From positions 27,018 through 91,017 of the forward strand of contig DDRT01000001.1 in NCBI GenBank assembly GCA_002343185.1: DNA of 64,000 bases, read 5' to 3'. Source of the DNA: Deltaproteobacteria bacterium UBA2409. GTDB lineage: Bacteria > Bdellovibrionota_C > UBA2361 > DDRT01. The translations under genes were made by a program, and so were the position numbers. Numbering within the stretch: the stretch's first letter is position 1; every line of letters begins with the position of its first letter. The notes beneath the pieces are model-generated. The model saw only the letters and a list, made by a program, of their open reading frames with translations. It did not search any database and was not told where the DNA came from. Shown piece after piece: positions 56,405-64,000 of this stretch.

Positions 56405-57997
56405 GTGCGCCTAATTTCAATTCTAATTCTTGTAGTTACTGCTTTTGCTGATTCCATACCGAATCAGATCGTTTGCAGATCAAAAGAGAGAATTAGACCC
56501 TTTAGACTCCCAGCAGCTTTAGGTGCATCTGTTAAAAGAACTAACTCAAAAATAAGACTTGTAACATTACAGGATGGCTCGAACATAAAATCGAAAATCA
56601 ACAAAATTCAAGAGAAAAACCCTAACGCAGTTTGTGGGCCAAACTATCTTTATAAACGTCTTCTTACCCCAAACGACACATTCTATAATGACATTTGGGC
56701 ACTTCCAAAAATTGGAGCACCAAGTGCTTGGGATTCTTCAACTGGATCAACAAGCATAACAGTAGCTATTATTGATACAGGGATTTTACTAAATCATCCT
56801 GATCTATCAGCAAACATAAAAATTAATTCTGCTGAGATAGCAAACAATAGTATTGATGATGATCTAAACGGATATGTTGATGATAGGCTCGGATATAACA
56901 CTATTAATGATAATTCTAATGCTAATGATGGCGAAGGTCATGGAACTCATGTAGCTGGCACTATTGGAGCAATTGGTAATAACAACTTAGGTGTAACAGG
57001 GGTTTGTTGGAGCTGTAAGCTTCTACCAGTGAAAGTGCTTGATGATAATGGCGATGGAACTTCTGAATCAGTTGCTGCTGGGGTTGATTATGCAAGAATT
57101 AGAGGCGCTGACATTTTTAATCTCTCCCTTGGTGGCCCATCAGATGATCCAGTATTAGAGAGTGCCCTTCAATCAGCCTCAAACGCAGGGAAACTTCTTG
57201 TTTTTGCTGCAGGAAATGAAGGCGCAAATAACAATACAACTCCAAGCTATCCAGCAAATTATTCATTTGCTAACTCTCTTACAGTTGCTGCTACAAACTC
57301 TTCAGATGAAAGAGCAGGCTTTTCAAACTATGGAACAAACACAGTTCATTTAGCTGCCCCAGGGGTTGATATATTAAGTACTTATCTATCAAATAACTAT
57401 GCATACTCTGATGGAACCTCCATGGCTGCACCCCAAGTCTCTGGTGCACTTGCAATATTAAGATCCCTTGGAGCTACAAGTACTCAAAGTAGAAACTGTA
57501 TACTAAATGGCGTAACAGTAGTTGCAGGACTTCCTGTATCAACTAGTGGAAGGCTAAATTTAGCCTCTGCTGTTAATCTATGCTCAACATCATCAGCAAC
57601 CCCTACTCCAACGCCAACTGTATCTCCAACGCCAACACGTAGCGGCAGTGCAATTGATGACCCTACTCCAGTTCCAATTCCACCAATCTCCTTTCAAGGT
57701 ACACTGAAAGGGTCAAGTTTAAATGGCTTAGCACTTATAAAAGGGAGAATATTTTCTATTCAAAATCAAGAGCCAGTAAGTGGTACCAGGATAAAAAGAA
57801 GCTGTGTAATTAAATTAGGAGCTACTAAAGTAAAGTATAACAAAACTCTGACTGCAAGAACATCAGGCAGCAGCATAAAAGACCTTGTCGAAATAAAAGG
57901 AGCGAGATCTGGAGACAAAGTTTCTTTTCGTTGCAAGTTTACAAATCCACTTGCGCCTCAGGCATTAAAAATCTCAGGTAAATTTCGCTGGAGATAG
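56405..57997 (+). CDS. Secreted subtilisin-like serine protease (S8)
   Basis: Catalytic triad motifs VAIIDTG, GHGTHVAG, GTSMAAP. A Thr/Pro linker and a C-terminal beta domain. Confidence 0.9.
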   Translation: MRLISILILVVTAFADSIPNQIVCRSKERIRPFRLPAALGASVKRTNSKIRLVTLQDGSNIKSKINKIQEKNPNAVCGPNYLYKRLLTPNDTFYNDIWALPKIGAPSAWDSSTGSTSITVAIIDTGILLNHPDLSANIKINSAEIANNSIDDDLNGYVDDRLGYNTINDNSNANDGEGHGTHVAGTIGAIGNNNLGVTGVCWSCKLLPVKVLDDNGDGTSESVAAGVDYARIRGADIFNLSLGGPSDDPVLESALQSASNAGKLLVFAAGNEGANNNTTPSYPANYSFANSLTVAATNSSDERAGFSNYGTNTVHLAAPGVDILSTYLSNNYAYSDGTSMAAPQVSGALAILRSLGATSTQSRNCILNGVTVVAGLPVSTSGRLNLASAVNLCSTSSATPTPTPTVSPTPTRSGSAIDDPTPVPIPPISFQGTLKGSSLNGLALIKGRIFSIQNQEPVSGTRIKRSCVIKLGATKVKYNKTLTARTSGSSIKDLVEIKGARSGDKVSFRCKFTNPLAPQALKISGKFRWR

Positions 57998-59001
57998 CGC
58001 TCATCAACCGAGCTAAAATTTATCCCAAAACCAGGTGCCTCGATTGGTAGTCTCTTTCCATCGATAAACGGGCATATCTCCTTAAAAATTTGAGGTAGCT
58101 CTAAGTCCATATCCAGATCAGTGAACAAACAGTTATCTAAAATTGATGCAAAATGAACCCCTGCAGCTGTTGAACTTTGAGTTTCAAACATCTGTCCAAC
58201 CATAACCGATAAGCCAGCATCTTTGGCTAAGCTAGCAAGCTTTAGTCCTCTTTTTATACCACCACATTTTTGAAGCTTAATATTTATCCCTGAAAATGCT
58301 TTTTCTTTGATTATTTGCTCTAAGTCTTGGAGCGAACAACACGATTCATCTGCTGCTATACAAACATCAGTGAAGCTTTCTGTTATTTTTTTTGCTTTAA
58401 GTAGCTCTCCTTTTTTACAAGGCTCTTCAACAAGAATCACATTTTCTAAACACTCAAATATCTTAGCTAAAGTTTGGATTGCATCATTCTCATCACTAAA
58501 CCCTTGATTTGCATCGAGCACGTAAGAAACATTTTTTCCAATCCCATTTTTTACGGCATTACACCTATCAAGATCGCCTTCACCCTTTAATTTAATCTTT
58601 ATAAGTTTTGTATGGGGAAATTTCGTTATAAGCCTTGAAGCCTCTCTTTCTGTTTCATCTAGTGAGTTTTTTAAAAATACAGTAACTGAATTAGGTACTA
58701 CCTTAGGAGTATCTCGATATAGCTTATAAGCAGGAATTCCCTTTTCTCTTGAAGCTATGTCGTGCTCTAAAAAATCGAGTGCGGCTAGTAGCGTGCTTGA
58801 AGTTGGCTGGACTCCAGAGAAAAATTGTTTAATTCCCTCTTCCTTTGTATCTCCAGTTATAGGTTTAAAGGGAGAGGCTTCTCCAACAGATTCACCACTA
58901 ACTAAGAAAAAACCTTCATAAGAGTTGAATGTTGAAAAAGAGATTGATATTGGCTCAGAAAGGGGGATCGAATATGGAATAAGATTAATTAACTTTTCCA
59001 T
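57958..59001 (-). CDS. Enolase-superfamily dipeptide (L-Ala-D/L-Glu-type) epimerase
   Basis: MR/MLE pattern: KIKLKG, VLDANQGF, LVEEP, AADES, KLQKCGG. Confidence 0.7.
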   Translation of the reverse strand: MEKLINLIPYSIPLSEPISISFSTFNSYEGFFLVSGESVGEASPFKPITGDTKEEGIKQFFSGVQPTSSTLLAALDFLEHDIASREKGIPAYKLYRDTPKVVPNSVTVFLKNSLDETEREASRLITKFPHTKLIKIKLKGEGDLDRCNAVKNGIGKNVSYVLDANQGFSDENDAIQTLAKIFECLENVILVEEPCKKGELLKAKKITESFTDVCIAADESCCSLQDLEQIIKEKAFSGINIKLQKCGGIKRGLKLASLAKDAGLSVMVGQMFETQSSTAAGVHFASILDNCLFTDLDMDLELPQIFKEICPFIDGKRLPIEAPGFGINFSSVDERYLQRNLPEIFNA

Positions 59002-59932
59002 TCTTTATGGTTCTAAGCCGCATTGGAAACTGAATTACTCGGTTTTTTATCTTGTAGGTGCCCCTTTTTGTAACAACTTCATCTTGATTTATTAGAGCTT
59101 CATAGTTTGGAGCTTTAGAAAATAAAATTGCTGATACATAGCCAGAAAGCTCGGCACTTGTAAGATCTTGGCTGTCCATTTCAGCAAAGCTTAGTTCTTC
59201 ATTTCCAATAGCTTTAATAACTTCTTCTTTACCTGCCCAAAAATTTGTAAAAATTCTGGCTTTAACTCCAAGTGCTCTTAGCTGCGTTGTAAATGATCCG
59301 ATCTGGCTAATTGCAACATTTAAAAATATTGCATCGCTGTTTTTTAATTTGTGAGCTTGTGATCTGATATCAATTTCTGAAGGCAAAATCTCTTCATCAA
59401 AAATAAGTTTTTTCCCAATCGATTCTCTAAACCCCTTTGATACTGAAATTGGCCAGTCATCTTGAACGGTAAGAAGAGCAATCTTTTCATAGTTCTTCAT
59501 TTGCTTTGCTAAAAACTCACCTTCTTTGTCGCTTGGGATCCAGGCCTGAAAGGCATAATCATTCTGGTTAATAAAATCTTTGTTTCCTACTCCACCTAAG
59601 AGTGGAATCTTTTCTTTCTTTGAGATCGGATTAACAGCCATTCCTGGTGGGCCGCGAAAAACAAAAACTCCATTAACATTATTTATATTCACAAGTTTTT
59701 GAAATTCAGAAATCGCCTGTGCTGGCTCGGCCTTTGAGTCAGCATATATAACTTCAAAGCTTGCCTCTTCTTTTGCAAGCTCAATTCCTCTTTGATTATC
59801 TGCTCCTACAGCCGCATATGGCCCTGAAAGGGGGAGAAGGGCTCCAAGCTTAGCTTCAAGCACTAAGAGGGCAGCAATTAGCTCTATAAACATCTTTAAA
59901 GGGTACTTAAATAGGGTCAAAAAGGAAATCAC
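58985..59932 (-). CDS. Periplasmic binding protein (type 1, Leu/Ile/Val-binding-like)
   Basis: LGALLPLSGPYAAVGADNQRGIELA is typical of the Peripla_BP_6 N-terminus. Overlaps the epimerase gene. Confidence 0.55.
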   Translation of the reverse strand: MISFLTLFKYPLKMFIELIAALLVLEAKLGALLPLSGPYAAVGADNQRGIELAKEEASFEVIYADSKAEPAQAISEFQKLVNINNVNGVFVFRGPPGMAVNPISKKEKIPLLGGVGNKDFINQNDYAFQAWIPSDKEGEFLAKQMKNYEKIALLTVQDDWPISVSKGFRESIGKKLIFDEEILPSEIDIRSQAHKLKNSDAIFLNVAISQIGSFTTQLRALGVKARIFTNFWAGKEEVIKAIGNEELSFAEMDSQDLTSAELSGYVSAILFSKAPNYEALINQDEVVTKRGTYKIKNRVIQFPMRLRTIKNGKVN

Positions 59933-59943
59933 AGGGTGATTTT

Positions 59944-62391
59944 TTGAATAAATACAAGCCTTTGAAGAATCTAATAAGATTCAGCATGAGTAGAATACTT
60001 TTGACCCTTTTTATGGCTTTTGTATCTCATGCAGAGATTCTTTATAAAAAATCCCTTCCACACCCATGTAAAAGATCAAAAAAAATTAAGGTGACCTGTC
60101 AACTAGATAGTCGAAATAACCAAGCTCTTATCATAAAAAAAAGAAAGTTAAAAAAATTTCTTAGATCATGCGAAGTGATTCCAAAATTTGCTAGGAAATT
60201 TAAAAAAGAGAAAAAAGCTTGCGAAAATTTTATCGAGCGTAATGACCCGATTCCAACAAATACCCCAAACTCTGCTCCGTCTGAAAAGATATTTTACGTG
60301 TCCCCAAATGGAAGCGACTCTTTTGATGGAACAGAGCTAACCCCATTTAAGAGTTTATCTAGAGCAAGAGATGCAGTTAGAGACTATGGTCAGTCAGCTA
60401 CTGTTTTACTTCGTGGCGGAGAGTATCAGCTTGATCAAACTTTTCAGCTGAATAACTTAGATTCTGGAACGCTATTAAGTCCCAATGTTTACAAGAACTA
60501 TCCAGGAGAAACTCCGGTTTTAGTTGGAACAAAAAAAGTTCAAACAACAGTAGGTCAAAATGGTTTTCAAATTTATACTCTACAAGACATACCCAATAAT
60601 GGAATCACTCAAGTATTCCTCAATGAGCAGATATTAACTAAGGCACGCTTTCCAAAAGAAATGATCGATTTTCAAAATGAAGACCCTTATCTTGGAAGTT
60701 TTTTATATGTTGCCTCAACTCAGCCTGATTGTATCGAAAATCCAACTCAAACGTCACTAAAGTTCGATTCCAATTTGCTAAACACTTCCAATTGGAGCGA
60801 TCTAAGTGGTGCCGAAGCCAGAATATGGCCAAATTTTAATTATGTCTCAAGCACACTAAAAATTGAAAGTGTCTTGCCTGGGGAACTTAGATTTGTTGGA
60901 AACTCCTGGGGCCCAATATGTGAAGACAATAGATTTTTCATTCAAGGAATCCCTGAACTAGTCACTGAGCCAGGAGAGTGGGCATACTACTCAGATAAAT
61001 TAAAAGTTTATCTGCCTAAACAATTATCAATAAACGATACTCTGTCTATCCCAGCATTTTACGGATCTGCGATTGAGATAAATAACGCTAGCAACATAGT
61101 AATTAATGGAATTGAGATTAAACATATTAATGGTAATGGGATATCAATTTCTAATAGCAATCAAATTCTCATAGAAGGGGTAAAAGTCTCTCATACTTTT
61201 GGAAATGGATTTGGTCAATTTGGCTTTCAAACACCCAACGGCAATGAAGGCACTGGGATTCAAGTATGGAGCTCTGAAAAAATTGTTATTAAAAATAATA
61301 TTATAAGTGATACAGCTAGTAGTGGAATTTCTCTCTTAAACTCATCTGAAAAAATTAAAAATCTTTCGCTTGATAATAACGTTGTCTCTCATAACAAAAT
61401 TACGAGCCCTGCAAAATTCTATTCACACCATGCTGGAATTTGGGTTGAATCATACGGAAGTAGGATATCAAATAATTACATAACAGATGCTCCAAAAGCC
61501 GGAATTATGGGATTTCCTGTTTTGACTGAAATTTCGTTTAACCATATTGAGCGATCTGGGTTGGAGATTTGTGATATTGGATCTATTTATATCGCTGGCA
61601 CTAGTTGGCTTCAGGGCAGAAATAATTTAATCAAAAATAATTTTATTAAAGATTCTGGCGGCTACTGTTTTAATGATTCTGAAGGAAAGTGGCAGTTTCA
61701 TAAAACAAGTTGGGGGGTATATCTTGATGATGGAGCATCATTTAACTCAGTCTCGGACAATATCGTGGTTGATGCAGCTGAGGCTTGTTATATAAACAAT
61801 TTGGGTAAGGGAAATAGCTTTATAAACAATATCTGTTATCTACCAAGAACGGGAAGTGGCTTTAATCTAAATGGAAATCTTGGGGCTTTGTATGAAAAGT
61901 TTTACAATGATGTAAGAGATCTCGCCATCAACGGCTACAACAAATCTGCCTATGAAGCTAATTTTCAAGATCTTATCAACATTCCACCGCCTCCTTGGAA
62001 GAATGAATATGCCCAAGTTGGCACTAGGGTAGAAAATAACATTACTGTTGGTAGAAGATTACAAAATAGATTTACTGTTGAAGTTAGGAATATAAATAAT
62101 AATCTTACAGAAATTGATTCAAACACATACTTTGATCCTTCTGGTGCACCAATCAGGTTCAATAGCGGATTCTTTGATGAACCGTTAGGAAATTATTTTG
62201 AACCTAAAACATTTAGTCAGTGGCAGTTAAAAAATTATGATATTAATGGCAAAATTGAAGATCCAAATTTTATAGATCCATCTAACAACAACTTTTGCTT
62301 ACGTTCGAAGAGCTCAAGATTTAATGAGATAGATCTTTCAAAAACAGGCTTAAATGGAATAGCCCCAAAGTGTGGCGATGCAAACTATTAA
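59944..62391 (+). CDS. Secreted right-handed parallel beta-helix repeat protein
   Basis: 815 aa. Repeated I-x-I-x-N/G-x-G-I coils (IVINGIEIKHINGNGISISNSNQILIEGVKV...). Confidence 0.6.
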   Translation: MNKYKPLKNLIRFSMSRILLTLFMAFVSHAEILYKKSLPHPCKRSKKIKVTCQLDSRNNQALIIKKRKLKKFLRSCEVIPKFARKFKKEKKACENFIERNDPIPTNTPNSAPSEKIFYVSPNGSDSFDGTELTPFKSLSRARDAVRDYGQSATVLLRGGEYQLDQTFQLNNLDSGTLLSPNVYKNYPGETPVLVGTKKVQTTVGQNGFQIYTLQDIPNNGITQVFLNEQILTKARFPKEMIDFQNEDPYLGSFLYVASTQPDCIENPTQTSLKFDSNLLNTSNWSDLSGAEARIWPNFNYVSSTLKIESVLPGELRFVGNSWGPICEDNRFFIQGIPELVTEPGEWAYYSDKLKVYLPKQLSINDTLSIPAFYGSAIEINNASNIVINGIEIKHINGNGISISNSNQILIEGVKVSHTFGNGFGQFGFQTPNGNEGTGIQVWSSEKIVIKNNIISDTASSGISLLNSSEKIKNLSLDNNVVSHNKITSPAKFYSHHAGIWVESYGSRISNNYITDAPKAGIMGFPVLTEISFNHIERSGLEICDIGSIYIAGTSWLQGRNNLIKNNFIKDSGGYCFNDSEGKWQFHKTSWGVYLDDGASFNSVSDNIVVDAAEACYINNLGKGNSFINNICYLPRTGSGFNLNGNLGALYEKFYNDVRDLAINGYNKSAYEANFQDLINIPPPPWKNEYAQVGTRVENNITVGRRLQNRFTVEVRNINNNLTEIDSNTYFDPSGAPIRFNSGFFDEPLGNYFEPKTFSQWQLKNYDINGKIEDPNFIDPSNNNFCLRSKSSRFNEIDLSKTGLNGIAPKCGDANY

Positions 62392-62403
62392 TCGACAACT
62401 GAT

Positions 62404-64000
62404 CTAAATGAACCTATCTCCATTCCCTAAAAGTCTAAGCGCTAACTGAGGCTGTTGATTTGCCTGGGCTAAAACCGCTGCTCCTGCTTGTTGTAATATA
62501 TTAAGTCTAATTAGTTCTGCAGAATCTACAGCTATATCGGTATCAGTAATTCTTGATGCTGCTGCTAGGAAGTTGTCTCTAGCAGTAAGAGTGGTAGAGA
62601 TTGCTGTATTAATTCTGGCCATGAAGGCACCAATTGATCCTCTCTCTAAAGATACTCTAGTAAGTTGCTCATTTAAAAATGTTAGAGCTTCAAGAGCAGA
62701 CTCTTGAGTAGTTATATCAAATAGTTTTGTGTTAAGAGTTTGAGTTGCATCTCCGGTAGTAATTTTTATATTTCCACTTCCAAAACCCCCATCGTTTGAT
62801 GCGATATCAATAATTCCGTCACCATTAAAATCACCAACTGCTAGAGTTGAAGTGCTTCCAGGATTAGTTGAAGTTACTCCTGCTGCAAATGTTCCTGTTC
62901 CGCTTCCTAAGTATGAGATAATTCCAGAAGCTGATGTCTGAGCTAAATCTAGGATACCATCACCATTAAGATCTGCTATTCTTACGCTCGTTCCTGGATA
63001 TCCACCTCCTATCACTCCAGCAAAAGATTGACCTGTACTAAATGTACCATTTCCATTTCCAAGGAAAACTTGATAGGCATTGCCAGCATTATTAAGTTGA
63101 ACAAAATCTCCAATTCCGTCTCCATTAAAATCGCCGACTCCAATTTGACCTCCAGCAACAGATCCAGCAAAAGTTTGAGTGGTTGATTGGGCTGATCCGT
63201 TCTCGCCAATTCTAATTACAGATATTCCAGCTGAGGCAGAAACAAATACTGCTGAGTAAGTATCAGATAATGTATCGTGCATTAATCTTACTGTTGAGCT
63301 ACCCGATCCCGCGCCAATGCTAAAGGTAGCGCTAACTGAGAATGTTCCATTTGAATTTCCTAGGTATATCCTTCCTGCTCCAACTCCTGCTTGAACAATA
63401 TCATCTCTTCCGTCACCATTTATATCTGCAACATCAAATCCGTTGTTTCCAAACGTTGCATCTGTGTAGGTCATTCCTAAGGTAAATGTTCCATCGCCAT
63501 CACCTGTAAAGACAGAGATTCGACCACCTGCCGATGTTACAGCAAAGTCTTCTCTACCATCTCCATTAAAATCTCCTACTCTAAGGTACCCATTTGAAGC
63601 AGCAGTATTTGCAATCTCTAAGCCTGCTGCAAAAGTGCCATCACTATTTCCTAAGGCTACTCTTATTTGTCCACTACCATCGTTTGAGCTAATCAGATCT
63701 AAAATTCCATCTCCATTAAAATCAGCTGTTTCAAGTTGGGTTACATATCCTAACCCTGTAGCAGCAGTTGAATATGTAGAGAATGTTCCATCTCCTACAT
63801 CTCTTGCGCCCTCTTCCCCAATAAAAGCAGATAGTATCCCATTAGTGCCGTATCCTACCTGAAGAGATAGACCACTTGTCCTCATCTGATCGCTAAAAAT
63901 GTTAATCCCATTAAATGTACTCGAAGAAAGTATGCGGTTATATTCTGCTGATAGTGCATTTATTTCGGTATTTAATGCGAATCTTTGCTGCGTTGAATAA
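62404..64000 (-). CDS. Flagellin with an FG-GAP repeat (beta-propeller-like) central domain; 5' end lies beyond the window
   Basis: C-terminal D1/D0 helices (LERGSIGAFMARINTAI...DIAVDSAELIRLNILQQAGAAVLAQANQQPQLALRLL). The frame stays open upstream of the listed Met to position 64000 and encodes ...EINALSAEYNRILSSSTFNGINIF (flagellin ND1). There are six DxNGDG motifs in between. Confidence 0.85.
   Translation of the reverse strand, partial: YSTQQRFALNTEINALSAEYNRILSSSTFNGINIFSDQMRTSGLSLQVGYGTNGILSAFIGEEGARDVGDGTFSTYSTAATGLGYVTQLETADFNGDGILDLISSNDGSGQIRVALGNSDGTFAAGLEIANTAASNGYLRVGDFNGDGREDFAVTSAGGRISVFTGDGDGTFTLGMTYTDATFGNNGFDVADINGDGRDDIVQAGVGAGRIYLGNSNGTFSVSATFSIGAGSGSSTVRLMHDTLSDTYSAVFVSASAGISVIRIGENGSAQSTTQTFAGSVAGGQIGVGDFNGDGIGDFVQLNNAGNAYQVFLGNGNGTFSTGQSFAGVIGGGYPGTSVRIADLNGDGILDLAQTSASGIISYLGSGTGTFAAGVTSTNPGSTSTLAVGDFNGDGIIDIASNDGGFGSGNIKITTGDATQTLNTKLFDITTQESALEALTFLNEQLTRVSLERGSIGAFMARINTAISTTLTARDNFLAAASRITDTDIAVDSAELIRLNILQQAGAAVLAQANQQPQLALRLLGNGDRFI

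Overview
AT-rich bacterial chromosomal segment. Gene content suggests, but does not prove, a Bdellovibrionota/Oligoflexia-like Gram-negative: pilMNOQ, a GldA/F/G-type ABC cluster, many secreted lipoproteins and hydrolases, and flagellin. The outer parts are housekeeping. These include 4.5S SRP RNA, accBC, a pilMNOQ operon, priA, mpl, PBP1A, a gliding-type ABC cluster, ctaA, SURF1, nrdAB with NrdR boxes, ddl, and GH13 amylase, S8 protease and dipeptide epimerase genes. About 17 kb between the two cytochrome-oxidase assembly genes ctaA (ends 28128) and SURF1 (starts 45327) looks accessory and mosaic. It holds two orphan AAA-type ATPases, a PIN toxin, three PEP-CTERM proteins, a Flp-type pilin plus a truncated copy, two DUF2207-N-like membrane paralogs, a GT-like/helical protein, an orphan cpaB, an Hpt protein, and a translationally coupled KAS III pair with secreted proteins. 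Two of the PEP-CTERM genes are tandem copies with a perfectly identical 248-bp head. Three inserted modules are each bracketed by 34-68-bp direct repeats that are copies of resident gene 3' ends. No integrase, transposase, CRISPR array, tRNA or rRNA was seen. Other notable items: a flagellin whose variable domain is an FG-GAP propeller (gene runs off the window end), an apparent class Ic ribonucleotide reductase, two intergenic palindromic repeat families, a 106-bp tandem repeat, and a roughly 180-nt highly structured element. All functional calls come from motif recognition by eye. No searches were run.
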